DNA of 64,000 bases, taken from NCBI GenBank assembly GCA_035546615.1, contig DASZWM010000006.1, positions 1-64,000 on the forward strand. Reading direction: 5' to 3'. Within the stretch, counting starts at the first letter, position 1. Each line of letters opens with the position of its first letter. Of the stretch, positions 53,400 to 63,591 are shown piece after piece. Below the pieces are notes generated by a model. The model made no database searches and was not told where the DNA came from. It saw nothing but the letters and a program-made list of their open reading frames with translations. The translations under genes were made by a program, and so were the position numbers. This DNA is from Minisyncoccota bacterium. GTDB taxonomy: Bacteria; Patescibacteriota; Minisyncoccia; Phycocordibacterales; SBAW01.

Positions 53400-54632
53400 A
53401 TGGCTGCTAAAAAGAAGAAAAAGCCGGCCCCCCGTAAGGCGGGGTTGAAGGCGAAGAAGTTCCGCGCCGCCGCCGCAAAGCGCCGGGCAAAGCTCGCGCC
53501 CAAGAAGCCGGCCAAGAAGGCGGCGGCTCCGGCGGCCAAGATCAACCCGAAGATCGCCAAAAAGGTTGAGGAGCAGAACAAGAAGGCCGAAGCGCTTATG
53601 GCGCGCGGCCGCGAGCGCGGATTCGTCACCTACGACGAGATCTTGAAGGCGTTCCCGAATATCGAGACGGACGTCATGTTCCTTGAGGACCTCTATGAGA
53701 AGTTCTCGACCGCGCATATCGACGTGCTCGAAGGCGGCGGCATGCTTGAAATAGCCGAGGAGCCGGCAGAAAAGGGCTACTCGCGCTCCGACTCGCAGTA
53801 CGATTCCATCCAGATGTACCTGCGCGAGATAGGCAAGTACCCGCTGCTTAACGCGCAAAGCGAGCGCGATCTCGCAAAGCGCATTGTCGAGGGCGACGAT
53901 GAAGCCCGCAACCTGCTTGCCCGCGCGAACCTGCGCCTCGTGGTTTCCATCGCCAAGAAGTACGTAGGCCGCTCGCCGGACCTTACCCTTTTGGACCTCA
54001 TTCAGGAGGGCAACCTCGGCCTCTTCAAGGCCGTGGACAAGTTCGACTACTCCAAGGGCTTCAAATTCTCGACCTACGCCACCTGGTGGATACGCCAGGC
54101 CATTACCCGCGCGCTCGCCGACCAGAGCCGCACCATCCGCATTCCGGTGCACATGGTCGAGACCATCGCCAAATACAAGCAGGTCTCGCGCCGCCTTTCC
54201 CAGGATCTCGGCCGCGACCCGCTTGCGGAGGAAATCGCGCTTGAGATGGGCGTGGACGTCGACAAGATCTACCAGATAGAAAAGATCGACCAGGATACTA
54301 TTTCGCTTGAGAGCCCGGTCGGGTCCGACGACGGCGACGACGGCAAGTCGGTGCTCGGCGATTTCATAAAGGACGACAAGATACTCTCGCCGGACCAGGA
54401 AGTGGCCCGCCGCATACTCGCCGACCAGCTCAAGGAGATCCTTGAAGAACTGAGCCCCAAGGAGCGCGAGATCCTCAAGCTGCGCCACGGCCTTGAAGAC
54501 GGCATTTATCACACGCTTGAGGAAGTGGGGAAGAAGTTCGGGGTTACCCGCGAGCGCATCCGCCAGATCGAGGCGAAGGCCCTGGAGCGCATACGCACGC
54601 ACGAGAAGGCAAAGCGCCTCCGCAGCTACTAA
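53400..54632 (+). CDS. rpoD: RNA polymerase sigma-70 factor with Lys/Ala/Pro-rich N-terminal extension
   Basis: Regions 1.2-4 ([11 protein letters not shown]; region 2.4 [14 protein letters not shown]; region 4.2 [18 protein letters not shown]); first ~55 aa are AKKP-rich. Confidence 0.9.
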   Translation: MAAKKKKKPAPRKAGLKAKKFRAAAAKRRAKLAPKKPAKKAAAPAAKINPKIAKKVEEQNKKAEALMARGRERGFVTYDEILKAFPNIETDVMFLEDLYEKFSTAHIDVLEGGGMLEIAEEPAEKGYSRSDSQYDSIQMYLREIGKYPLLNAQSERDLAKRIVEGDDEARNLLARANLRLVVSIAKKYVGRSPDLTLLDLIQEGNLGLFKAVDKFDYSKGFKFSTYATWWIRQAITRALADQSRTIRIPVHMVETIAKYKQVSRRLSQDLGRDPLAEEIALEMGVDVDKIYQIEKIDQDTISLESPVGSDDGDDGKSVLGDFIKDDKILSPDQEVARRILADQLKEILEELSPKEREILKLRHGLEDGIYHTLEEVGKKFGVTRERIRQIEAKALERIRTHEKAKRLRSY

Positions 54633-54703
54633 TTCATCTCTATAATAAAAACCGCGCCGGATGGGGCGCGGTTTATGTTCTTGTAAACATTGGTGTCTCC
54701 TAT

Positions 54704-54988
54704 TTAGTCGGTAAAGTTCTCTTCTTCGAAGTCGTCCATCTCTCTGCCCATTTGCTTAAGCCCTTCTTCGAAAAAATTGTGGGCTCTCGCGATTTCTGGG
54801 CTTAGCAGGACACTATTCTTCTCGGAAAACGCTTTGAATTTCCGAAGAAGAAAAGGTACAGGTTCCATAGAAGGATTCCACTCTATTGTTCCGGGTAGGA
54901 ACAGGTGAGTGAGGACTACCGTGCCATCTGGTTTGGTTGCCCGCGTAAAATCCTCTTTTTTGAGGACATAGTTTTCAACTTCTCCCAC
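54704..54988 (-). CDS. Hypothetical protein in AT-rich segment
   Basis: ORF; region 54640..55110 visibly AT-rich. Confidence 0.3.
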   Translation of the reverse strand: MGEVENYVLKKEDFTRATKPDGTVVLTHLFLPGTIEWNPSMEPVPFLLRKFKAFSEKNSVLLSPEIARAHNFFEEGLKQMGREMDDFEEENFTD

Positions 54989-55047
54989 GAAATATCTCCT
55001 TTGGTTGCGGACGAAAAAGTGTGTCCGCTTTCTTTATATCATGATAC

Positions 55048-56295
55048 TTAAATCATGTCAAATTTTTTATTAGGAAGTGCCTGATACAAATCCCAAATAA
55101 CGGCTGCAACATTATGCGGCTCGCCTTCAAACGGCAGATGATGATTGTCGAAGAACGGCCGGCCGTTTGTCTCTATGACGCCGCACTTGGGCGTTTCCTT
55201 CCACGAGCGGCTGATATCGCTCGTGATAAAGTCGATGCCGACGATGGGCGCATGCAAGACCCGCGCTATCTCCTCGAACAGCGCCTTATTGTCGGGATGC
55301 ACTTTTTCCGTCACGTCGGTGGTGGTGCCGCCGAGCGCCCAGTTTATTTTAGGATGCAGATAGACAGCACGGCCTTGTTCGGGAATGCTCTGCAAAGTCA
55401 ATCCTTGAAGCTTGAGTTCCTGCTCGCCTAGTGCGGTTAGTTTGATATGCGAGAAGTACGGGCCCTGGCGCTTGGGATGCGTGTTCGCCTGCGCAATAAG
55501 TTCCTCTATAGTATGCTCGCCGTCGCCCACCACGCGCGGCGGGTCGCGACGGATGGTAGCGACAAGTTTTCCATCCACCAGCGTCGGCCGATAGACGGAG
55601 CCTTCGAGTTCTTCCTCTATGACGACCAGCGGAGAAACCTCTTTAGCTATTTTGAATCCGCGCTCAAGCGCAGTTTCGTCGCTGATATGGAGCGTGGTGT
55701 GCCGCGAGGCCGAGCCTTCGGCGGGCTTTGCTATGACCGTGCCGTTGATTTCCTTGAATATGCGGTTTGCCTTGGCGAGCGAGAATGCGGACTCGCCGCG
55801 GGCAACCGGCAGGCCGAGCGCCCGGAACTTCTTCTTCATGACGGTCTTGTTGTCTATCCACCAGACCGGCTGCTCCATCCGCGCGGGGAACGGGATGCTT
55901 TCGAATCCGATCCGCCGGCCGCCCGGAAACGTTGCCAGGAAGCTTGCGGTAGGGAGGCCGAGCAGGCGGAACTCCCGCATACGGATGCCGCGTTTTTTCG
56001 CTTCTTCCCAAAGGACCAGATCAAGCAGGAGCGTTTTATCATCCGGCTCTTCAAGCAGTTCCGCCAAACCAAGACGCGCTAAGCCCTCAGCCACGAGACC
56101 CTTGCTGTCCCGCTTCGGCAAAAGCCTGGAGGCGCCGTCCGTTATCCGCCCCATCAGCGCCGAAAAAGGCGTAGCGGCAAGGCCGATAAGAAGCGTGAAG
56201 TACTGGATACGATGATGTATCGCATCGCCGCCGCATTCGATGCAGGGTTTTGCGGCGGGAAGTGCGATGCGCATATTCCTAAAGCATACGGGCAT
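55048..56295 (-). CDS. ATP-grasp domain protein resembling the N-terminal ATP-grasp module of cyanophycin synthetase (no Mur-ligase part)
   Basis: …GIRMREFRLLGLPTASFL…KTVMKKKFRALGLPVARG…VIAKPAEGSASRHTTLHIS…PLVVIEEELEGSVYRPTLVDGKLVAT…VVGDGEHTIEELI parallels the CphA N-terminal ATP-grasp layout. True start may be internal. Confidence 0.55.
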   Translation of the reverse strand: MPVCFRNMRIALPAAKPCIECGGDAIHHRIQYFTLLIGLAATPFSALMGRITDGASRLLPKRDSKGLVAEGLARLGLAELLEEPDDKTLLLDLVLWEEAKKRGIRMREFRLLGLPTASFLATFPGGRRIGFESIPFPARMEQPVWWIDNKTVMKKKFRALGLPVARGESAFSLAKANRIFKEINGTVIAKPAEGSASRHTTLHISDETALERGFKIAKEVSPLVVIEEELEGSVYRPTLVDGKLVATIRRDPPRVVGDGEHTIEELIAQANTHPKRQGPYFSHIKLTALGEQELKLQGLTLQSIPEQGRAVYLHPKINWALGGTTTDVTEKVHPDNKALFEEIARVLHAPIVGIDFITSDISRSWKETPKCGVIETNGRPFFDNHHLPFEGEPHNVAAVIWDLYQALPNKKFDMI

Positions 56296-56333
56296 TCCGC
56301 GTACATGAAAAGTCCATACGGGTGGGGTAGTAT

Positions 56334-57149
56334 GTGCCTATGGAAGCGCCTATAAAGCACTGGAGCCACTCCAGCCTCATGGCGTACCTGCGCAATCCGC
56401 TTGCGTGGTACAAGCGCTACGTCGAGGAGGTCTACGATACGCCCTATACCCCTGCTTCAATTGTGGGCCGGGCCGGGCATATCGCGCTCGAGCATTTTTA
56501 CGGCGGGCTTCCCAAGGAGGCGGCCGTGGCGCTGGGGCTTGAGTACCTCCAGAAGGTCCCTGATTTTGAGATACATTTCGGCCGGGCATCCACCCGCAAG
56601 GCCAGGAAGGAAAAACGGCTCTCTATGGAGCGTGAATACCTCCAGGCGATCGGCTTTTTCCTAAAGCGGCCCCCAAAGTACAAGGTGCTCGGAGTCGAAG
56701 TGAAAGGGCTGGTGGAAGTGAAGGGCCTGCCGCTGCCGCTTAAGGCCGTATCGGACCTCGTGGTGAAATCTAAGGTTGATTCGCGGGGCGTGGATATTGT
56801 CGACCACAAGTTCGTCGACTCCTTCAGCCCGGCCCGCGAGTACAAGGCGCTGTTCGTCATCCAGGCGATATTCAACTACTACACCGTCCGCGAGAAGTTC
56901 AAGAAGCCGGTTAGGCGCTTTATCGTGCATGAGTGCAAGAAATCGAAGAACAAGGACGGCAAGAGCCAGCTCAGGACCTACAAAATAGACTTCCGCGAGC
57001 ACAAGGCCGAGTTCGCCGTGTTCCACCGGCTTGTTAAGGACGCGACCGCGGAGATAAGCCGGCCCCGCGTGTATCTGCCGAACCCGTCTGACATGTTCGA
57101 GGGCGAGAACTCATTTGATATCTACCGCCTCGGGCTGGGGGAAGAGTAG
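56334..57149 (+). CDS. PD-(D/E)XK nuclease superfamily protein (Cas4/RecB-like N-terminal motif, no Cys cluster)
   Basis: WSHSSLMAYLRNPLAWY (SxSxLxxYxxCPxxYY-like), GRAGHIALEHF, VDIVDHKFV (D-x-K). Confidence 0.5.
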   Translation: MPMEAPIKHWSHSSLMAYLRNPLAWYKRYVEEVYDTPYTPASIVGRAGHIALEHFYGGLPKEAAVALGLEYLQKVPDFEIHFGRASTRKARKEKRLSMEREYLQAIGFFLKRPPKYKVLGVEVKGLVEVKGLPLPLKAVSDLVVKSKVDSRGVDIVDHKFVDSFSPAREYKALFVIQAIFNYYTVREKFKKPVRRFIVHECKKSKNKDGKSQLRTYKIDFREHKAEFAVFHRLVKDATAEISRPRVYLPNPSDMFEGENSFDIYRLGLGEE

Positions 57150-57203
57150 AACGAAAACGGCGGCCTTTTAGGCCGCCGTTTTTCGATCAGTGTAGTGTTC
57201 CGT

Positions 57204-57917
57204 TTATTGAGCCGTAGTAGAGGCGTTCTGGACCGCCGGGTTGCCCTGGAGCACCGCGTCGATAGCCGCGCGCATGGAGTCGTAGGGCTGGTTGCCCGCA
57301 AGCGTTACCGCTTCGCCGCCGACCATGATGAGCGTGAACGGCGTCCCCTGGGCACCGAGCGCGAGGGCCTCATTGTAGGAGTCGGTTATCTTTTTGGTGT
57401 ACTTGCCGCTGTTGAGGCAGGTGTTGAACGCGTTCACATCAAGCCCGATACCCTGCGCGATTATGGGAAGCTGGGCCAGATCGAGGCCGTTGTTGGACGG
57501 CGTCACTTCGAACACCTTCTCGACGAACTGCCAGTATGCCGTGTTGCCGCCCAGGTCAGCCGCGCATTCCGCGCCTTCGGCCTCCTTGGGAGCCTTGGAG
57601 TGTATCGAGCCGAGCGGGAAGGGGCGCTGGACCCACGCCACGTTGCCGGAGGCGCCGTAGTAGCTCATAACCTGGTTCATCGTGCCTTCGAACGTCTTGC
57701 AGTGCGGGCACTCAAGATCCATGTATTCGACGACCTTTACCGCGGCGCCGGGGTTCCCCAGGATATGGTCTATAGACGGATCATACTCGCGCGCCGTAAC
57801 CGTGGTGGACGCATTCCCGTTGGTCGGGACGTTTACCTTGCCGACCAGGAACACTGCGCCTGCGATAAGCAACCCTGCGACGATAATGGTAACGGGCAAT
57901 ACGTATTGGCTTTTCAT
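57204..57917 (-). CDS. DsbA-family thiol:disulfide oxidoreductase (membrane-anchored)
   Basis: N-terminal TM; CPHCK thioredoxin-fold active site; 237 aa. Confidence 0.75.
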   Translation of the reverse strand: MKSQYVLPVTIIVAGLLIAGAVFLVGKVNVPTNGNASTTVTAREYDPSIDHILGNPGAAVKVVEYMDLECPHCKTFEGTMNQVMSYYGASGNVAWVQRPFPLGSIHSKAPKEAEGAECAADLGGNTAYWQFVEKVFEVTPSNNGLDLAQLPIIAQGIGLDVNAFNTCLNSGKYTKKITDSYNEALALGAQGTPFTLIMVGGEAVTLAGNQPYDSMRAAIDAVLQGNPAVQNASTTAQ

Positions 57918-57987
57918 ATACCCTCAAGTATAGTACCAGCGGGAAAATTCATCAACGGCCCGAGGAGGCCTGTTTTGGGAGGTTCTG

Positions 57988-58461
57988 ATGCGGTTCTTTG
58001 CGCTATTTCTTCTGGCGTTTGGGGCGTTCATATCCGCCGCCCGGGCGGACGCGCGCGTATTCCATCTCAACAAGTACGTCGATTGCGCCACCAATTCGGC
58101 TTCTGTCACCGGCCTGCGGGTCGCCAAAGTGGCCTACGAGATCTCGTGGAATAAGGACGGCTCTTTCAAGAAGGCGTCCGGCACGGCGGAGGTGTACCTT
58201 GAGCAGGAAGGAAAATCCGACGAGCGCTACATCGTGAAGGCCGTTGCTGTGCCGGCAGCGCAGCATATCGAACCGAACGCCACGCTGCCGTTTGTTTCGT
58301 ATCGCGGCGTGCGCTGTACGGCGCATCATTGGGCGCTTGTTTCAGCGAAGCGACTCCGGTCAGGCGGAAACAGGACAGCCTATCTGGCCGGCGCCGACTT
58401 CTTCGGCATCCGCTTCTGGGTCGATGTGTCGGTCACGGTCTCGCGGGTTCGCGCGCCGTAG
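57988..58461 (+). CDS. Secreted hypothetical protein
   Basis: Cleavable signal peptide (FALFLLAFGAFISAARA). Confidence 0.4.
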   Translation: MRFFALFLLAFGAFISAARADARVFHLNKYVDCATNSASVTGLRVAKVAYEISWNKDGSFKKASGTAEVYLEQEGKSDERYIVKAVAVPAAQHIEPNATLPFVSYRGVRCTAHHWALVSAKRLRSGGNRTAYLAGADFFGIRFWVDVSVTVSRVRAP

Positions 58462-58506
58462 AACGTTCGAAGCCCGGGCCGCTATGCGGCCCGGGCTTTC
58501 TGCATC

Positions 58507-59079
58507 TCAAAACGGCAGGGTATGGGTCAGCGCGGCCCCCTCGGCCTCCTCCCATTTGCTCGTGTCGAGCTTTATTTCGCGCGGTCCGGCGAAGTCTTGG
58601 TATTTGAGGCTGCCGTGCTTTCGCGCGTAGTCATATATTTCTTTCGTGATGCGTACGTCGTCCAGGCAGTACTCGCGGATCTTTTCTATATTGCCCTCCT
58701 TCCACCAGACGATGGCCTCGGTGCCGTGCGCTATCTTGCCCTTGCCGAGCGTTGCCTGCGCAATCGAGTCGAGCCTGAGCCGCCTGCCGAGCACGTTCTT
58801 TATTTCCTTCAACAGGTCGAGACTTTTTATCTTCGTGAGGTCCCCGGCGTAATATTTGTTGAGTATGGGGATGTCGAAGTGGTCGGAATTGTAGCCCACC
58901 AGCATGTCCGCCGATTCGATAAGCGGCCACAGCTGCGGCAATTCCTCCTTGAGGTAGCTTGAATAGGTGTCCGTCTGCGAGTCGTGCACGCCGACGATGG
59001 TCAGCTCCTGCTTGGAGAAGTCGAACACGCCGTTCGTCATCTCGCCTGTGGTCTCGATATCGAAAGTAATGCGCCGCAT
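58507..59079 (-). CDS. DEDDy-type 3'-5' exonuclease (PolB-exonuclease-like/YprB family)
   Basis: Exo I FDIETTG, Exo II YNSDHFDIPIL, Exo III YCLDDVRITKEIY. Confidence 0.65.
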   Translation of the reverse strand: MRRITFDIETTGEMTNGVFDFSKQELTIVGVHDSQTDTYSSYLKEELPQLWPLIESADMLVGYNSDHFDIPILNKYYAGDLTKIKSLDLLKEIKNVLGRRLRLDSIAQATLGKGKIAHGTEAIVWWKEGNIEKIREYCLDDVRITKEIYDYARKHGSLKYQDFAGPREIKLDTSKWEEAEGAALTHTLPF

Positions 59080-59106
59080 GGGAAAAATCTTACAACGGAT
59101 ACGAAG

Positions 59107-60354
59107 CTACAGGCTCAGGAAGAACGAGGCTAATTCTTCGCGCGAAAGCTTCTTTTCCTCCCCGGAGGCCAGGTCTTTTACCTTGAACGCGCCCGAGGCG
59201 AGCTCGTCCTCGCCGACCACCAGCACGTAGGGCACCTTGTGCTTGGCTGCCGTCCTTATCTGGTCGCCTAGGCGCTTTTCCCCCAAGTCCACCGCCACGG
59301 CCACGTTCTCGCGGCGCAGAGCGTCGGCGAGCTTCATAGCCTCGGGCACGAACTCCGGGCCGGCCACGGCCATATATACCTTTGTGGTCGGTAGGTAAGA
59401 GGGAAGCAATCCGCGGACTTCGAGAAAATCCCGCAGAGTGGCGTCGCCCGCCGCGCAGCCCACCGCCGGCAGCGCTTCGTCGTCAAACAGCTGGGTCAGC
59501 CCGTCGTAGCGGCCGCCGCCGAAGACGGAGCGGTTGTTGTCCGGGTGCGTATCGAACACCTCGAACACGACGCCGGTGTAGTAGTCGAATCCGCGCACGA
59601 TGGAGGGGTCAAAGACCGCATTGGTAATCCCGAGTTCCCGCAGCATGTCGAGCACGAGCGCCACGTCTTCGGGCGGCTTCTCGTCCGACAGCATCTCCGC
59701 GGCAACGCCGAGGTCGGCAATGTCGCGCTCGAAGTCGCCTGCGGGCATCTTGGCGCGGCGGTCCAGAAGGCCGCGCAGCTTCTTGCCGCCTTCCTCATCA
59801 AGTCCCAGCTCGCGGACGACGCCGTCCAGGAAATTACGGCTGCCTATCTTTATGACGAAGTCGCTTTCCTTGGCGCCCAGGGCCGTCATGATGGCATGCG
59901 CCACCGCCATTACTTCCGCGTCGGCCGCCAGCGACTTGGAGCCGAAGATGTCGATGTTGAGCTGCCAGTGCTCGCGCAGGCGGCCCCGCTGCGGCCGCTC
60001 GTAGCGGAAAAGGTTGGGGATGGAATACCAGCGCAAGGGGAAGCCGAGCTCGCGGCGCTTGCCGGCCACCATGCGCGCCACGGTCGGCGTCATCTCGGGG
60101 CGCAGGGTCACTTCGCGGCCGCCGCGGTCGAGGAAGGTGTAGGTTTGCTCGTTCACCATCTCCTCGTTCTCCGCGCCTTTTGATTTGTAGAGCTCCGCGG
60201 GCTCCAGCACGGACGCGTGGTACTCCACATAGCCGTAGCGCTCGACGACCCCGCGCATAGTGGCGAGCAGGTAGGTAAGGAACGCCTGGTCCTCCGGGTA
60301 GAAGTCGCGCACGCCCTTGTAGCTTTCTGTAGACAGCTTCTCTTTTTTGGACAT
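59107..60354 (-). CDS. hisS: Histidyl-tRNA synthetase
   Basis: Class II motifs (YKGVRDF; RPEMTPTVAR; GGGRYDGL); C-terminal anticodon-binding domain; 415 aa. Confidence 0.9.
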   Translation of the reverse strand: MSKKEKLSTESYKGVRDFYPEDQAFLTYLLATMRGVVERYGYVEYHASVLEPAELYKSKGAENEEMVNEQTYTFLDRGGREVTLRPEMTPTVARMVAGKRRELGFPLRWYSIPNLFRYERPQRGRLREHWQLNIDIFGSKSLAADAEVMAVAHAIMTALGAKESDFVIKIGSRNFLDGVVRELGLDEEGGKKLRGLLDRRAKMPAGDFERDIADLGVAAEMLSDEKPPEDVALVLDMLRELGITNAVFDPSIVRGFDYYTGVVFEVFDTHPDNNRSVFGGGRYDGLTQLFDDEALPAVGCAAGDATLRDFLEVRGLLPSYLPTTKVYMAVAGPEFVPEAMKLADALRRENVAVAVDLGEKRLGDQIRTAAKHKVPYVLVVGEDELASGAFKVKDLASGEEKKLSREELASFFLSL

Positions 60355-60384
60355 ATGGGCCTTTGCTGGTACATTGTATCAGAA

Positions 60385-61233
60385 ATGGCGGATTTGGAGC
60401 ACGGCGAAAAAAAGCATACGAAGATTCTTTCATCTGAAGGCAATTCCAAGGAAGCGGGCAGCTTTAAGCACGAGGGCGGCGTGGTAAATCTCTACAAAGT
60501 CCTGGGCGAGACGCCGCTTGAGCGCCTGGACCGCCTGCGCCTTCAGAAGGCCCATTACGCGCACGAGGTGCTGTCTTACGCCGGGCGGCTGGACCCGATG
60601 GCCGAAGGCGTGCTCCTGTGCCTGGTAGGCGCCGCCAACAAGCGCCGCGAGCAGTACATGGACCTGTCGAAGGAATACGTGCTCGACATACTCTTCGGGT
60701 TCTCCACCGACACGTACGACGTGCTTGGCCGCGTCATGGACACCGGCGATCCTTCCAGCGTGCGAAAGAAGACTATTGAGAAAGCGCTCAACGAATTCCG
60801 CGGCCACGTGGCGCAGGAATATCCGCCGTTCTCAAGCAAGACCGTCGGCGGCAAATCTTTGTTCGAGTGGGCGCGCGGCAACGCGCTTGGAGCGCTCGTG
60901 CTCCCAGAGCGTTCGGTGCTGGTGTACGACATCGCGCTTGAGGGCGTGTACAAGATAAAAGAGCCGGACTTGCTGGCGTACATCGACTCCGGCGTGAACA
61001 AGGTGCAGGGCGACTTCCGCCAGGAGGAGATATTGCGCCTTTGGAAGCGCAACCTCAAGCCCGCGGGCGAGCGCGAGTTCCCGTGCGCCACGGTGCGCGT
61101 GGCGTGCTCCAGCGGCACCTATATGCGCTCCATAGCCCATGCGCTCGGGCGTGAGCTCGGCGTGCCGGCCCTGGCGCTCCATATTTTGCGGACGAAGGTG
61201 GGGGAGTACAGCGTCGAAAATTCGCTGAAATAA
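60385..61233 (+). CDS. truB: tRNA pseudouridine(55) synthase-like
   Basis: YAGRLDPMAEGVLLCLVG (HxGTLDPxAxGxL catalytic Asp motif); start moved to internal ATG after hisS end. Confidence 0.65.
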   Translation: MADLEHGEKKHTKILSSEGNSKEAGSFKHEGGVVNLYKVLGETPLERLDRLRLQKAHYAHEVLSYAGRLDPMAEGVLLCLVGAANKRREQYMDLSKEYVLDILFGFSTDTYDVLGRVMDTGDPSSVRKKTIEKALNEFRGHVAQEYPPFSSKTVGGKSLFEWARGNALGALVLPERSVLVYDIALEGVYKIKEPDLLAYIDSGVNKVQGDFRQEEILRLWKRNLKPAGEREFPCATVRVACSSGTYMRSIAHALGRELGVPALALHILRTKVGEYSVENSLK

Positions 61234-61349
61234 AGGGCTTTTCTGCACCTCAGTGCGTCTATTGACTTTTTTATAGTTTAGGTGTATAATAGCACTTGAA
61301 TGGCCTTTGTAAGTTCCGCATCGTAGCAGCCCGCAGGAGGGGCATACAA

Positions 61350-61829
61350 ATGAGAATGGTTCCGATACTGTTTTTTGCAGTGCCGATCATCATGTTGCTT
61401 GTCGGCTGGATCTTCGGCCGGGCACGCATCGCGCGGGCTATCGTGTTCTACGCCGTCTGGATCTTCGGATGCGAGGCGCTTGCCTTTGTGTCGCTGGTCG
61501 AGTTTCCGCTCGACCCGCGCGCCCTGATCGGCGTCATCGCCTCGTGCATTCTGGCGCTGTTGGGAGCCTGGCTCGCCGTTGCCTTCAGCGTCTGGACCAG
61601 CAAGCCCGTTTCGCCGGCACCCGGTGCGGTCATCGCGAAAGCGGCGATCGACGGAGGGCGTACGACCTACGGCCTGTACCAGGGCTTGAACGAAGAGGAC
61701 CAGCGGCGCGTGCGGTCCGCGGGGCGGATGGGCGTCAAGCTCGGCCTGTCCGGATTCGCCGACTATCTGCGCCGCACGGGCCGGCCTTCCGCCGCGCACG
61801 CGTTGCGCGCCGGAAGCCGGATACTCTAG
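61350..61829 (+). CDS. Hypothetical membrane protein
   Basis: AGGAGG RBS then ATG; 4 TM; terminator hairpin GGGCGCCGAC-ttg-GTCGGCGCCC-T5 at 61853..61880. Confidence 0.45.
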   Translation: MRMVPILFFAVPIIMLLVGWIFGRARIARAIVFYAVWIFGCEALAFVSLVEFPLDPRALIGVIASCILALLGAWLAVAFSVWTSKPVSPAPGAVIAKAAIDGGRTTYGLYQGLNEEDQRRVRSAGRMGVKLGLSGFADYLRRTGRPSAAHALRAGSRIL

Positions 61830-61956
61830 CCGCACGGCAGGAAAAGTTTGAAGGGCGCCGACTTGGTCGGCGCCCTTTTTGCGCTCGTGCGGCAGTTGAA
61901 AAAAAGCCGATTGTATCGTACTTTCGATACAGACCCTTCAACCGGCGGAGATTCCG

Positions 61957-62280
61957 ATGGATAACGTTTATGATTTTGAGGCGGAGCGCAGTCGGTTGCG
62001 CAGCGCCGCGGGCTTGCCGCGCAAAAAGCCTTTCCGGCCGTGCTACTGCATTGCCGTCAATATCTTCCAAGACGGCCGCGGCGGCCTTTACTACCTTGAC
62101 GTCAGGTATCACGGCACCGGCAGGAAAAGGAGGATCAACCTTGAGTATTTTGAGGAGGTGGGGAAAAAGCACGTTCCGGCACTCGAGGAGGAAATGCCCG
62201 ATGTCCCGATCCGCGTCTTCAACTGGACGGGCCTGCTCAGCGATATCTTCTGGGTCGAGTGCGAAGCGGCTCAGAAGTGA
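61957..62280 (+). CDS. Hypothetical protein
   Basis: ORF only. Confidence 0.3.
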   Translation: MDNVYDFEAERSRLRSAAGLPRKKPFRPCYCIAVNIFQDGRGGLYYLDVRYHGTGRKRRINLEYFEEVGKKHVPALEEEMPDVPIRVFNWTGLLSDIFWVECEAAQK

Positions 62281-62742
62281 GTGCCATGTCCGCCGCGGTC
62301 TTCCGCGGCGGCTTTTTTACGTCCCTGGGCCGCCCTTGAGTTTGCAGGTGCCCGGGTATAGAGTGGCGGCGGGAAGGAAACATAGGGAGAAGTACATGAC
62401 CGACAAGGTCGTTACGCTTGTGCCCGGCTCCGGCCGGCGGAGTACCCAAGGGCAGACGGGGCAGGTGCTTCCTTTTACCGGGGTGCATGCCGACCGGCTG
62501 GACGCGTATCTGGGAGAGCCTGAGCCGCATGTCAGCTGCGAGCCGTTGGATGCCGTAGCACTGCTTGACTGCGATTTCCCGCTTGATCTCAAGCACGCCT
62601 GACCTATATCGAAAGGGCCGGCCCAATCTGGGGCCGGCGTTCGTTGTTTGTACTCTCTTGATATTGACAAGAGTCTCTTCTCGAAGTAATGTATTTTGGG
62701 TTTGGCGTTCCTTATCATCTCAACGTAGGGGAGTGCACGCGC

Positions 62743-63528
62743 ATGCGACTTGGCAGCCTTATGTTCAAGATCTTCACGGCCTTTCTGTTTCCGGTAGCGC
62801 TTTCGTTTACCTTGACGCAGAGGGCAGCGACCGACGGCCTTCTGTATCCGGCGACGGTTATTGCCGCCGGAGCGGTTCTTCTCTTCTGGGCAGTGATCGA
62901 CCTGCTGAACATGAAGAAGAGCTTCATCCCCGGCGTGATACTGTCTTCGGCTGCGACGGCGATGCTCGCTGTTTCGTTCGCCTTCTACGCCGCGCCCTCC
63001 ATGAGCAGCCAGGTACTGCTTTTTGTCGCGGTCCTTGCCGCATTGGCAGGTCTTCCGGTGTTCATTCTGGTCGCGGGCGCGGGACGCGTCAAAGCCGAGC
63101 TTCTCGAAGATAAGATCAGCGGCGTCTACGAGACAGCCTTGGATATTATCGGCAATGCGTCCAGCGAGCCGGTGCTGGAAAAATTGCGCGAAGAAAGCAG
63201 GCCCCTTTCCAGCGGGTACGTCGTATTCCTTGGGCTGGTCCCCCCGGTATTTGCCGCGTGGGCCTGGGAGGTCCTCGCATGGATGCCGTCGATCACCATG
63301 ATGCCGCCGTGGACTGCGGTTCTGCTCTTCTCTGCGGCCGGGTTCGTCGTCGCGCTGATTCTCGTCCTTGCGGTGCGGGAAATATGCGACGAAACGGGCA
63401 AGAAAGACTTCAAGGATGCGTGGTACGCGCTTCATGATCCTGGGCTTCTTCCCACCCTGGTCGGAGACGGCCCGGTTTCGGAAGAGGGGCAGGCTGCTCC
63501 TATGGCTGCCGCTTCGGCAAGCGCCTAA
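62743..63528 (+). CDS. Hypothetical polytopic membrane protein
   Basis: Start at internal Met; ~6 TM; no motif. Confidence 0.4.
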   Translation: MRLGSLMFKIFTAFLFPVALSFTLTQRAATDGLLYPATVIAAGAVLLFWAVIDLLNMKKSFIPGVILSSAATAMLAVSFAFYAAPSMSSQVLLFVAVLAALAGLPVFILVAGAGRVKAELLEDKISGVYETALDIIGNASSEPVLEKLREESRPLSSGYVVFLGLVPPVFAAWAWEVLAWMPSITMMPPWTAVLLFSAAGFVVALILVLAVREICDETGKKDFKDAWYALHDPGLLPTLVGDGPVSEEGQAAPMAAASASA

Positions 63529-63591
63529 GCGCGAATCGCCGAAAACAAAAATGCCGCCGCGGTATCCCGCGGCGGCATTTTCTTTTTTATA

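Noticed and set aside
61469-62602. 377-aa Arg/Ala/Gly-rich ORF
   Set aside because: Composition typical of a spurious frame in high-GC DNA. It overlaps better-supported ORFs (61350..61829, 61957..62280) that have RBSs and a terminator.
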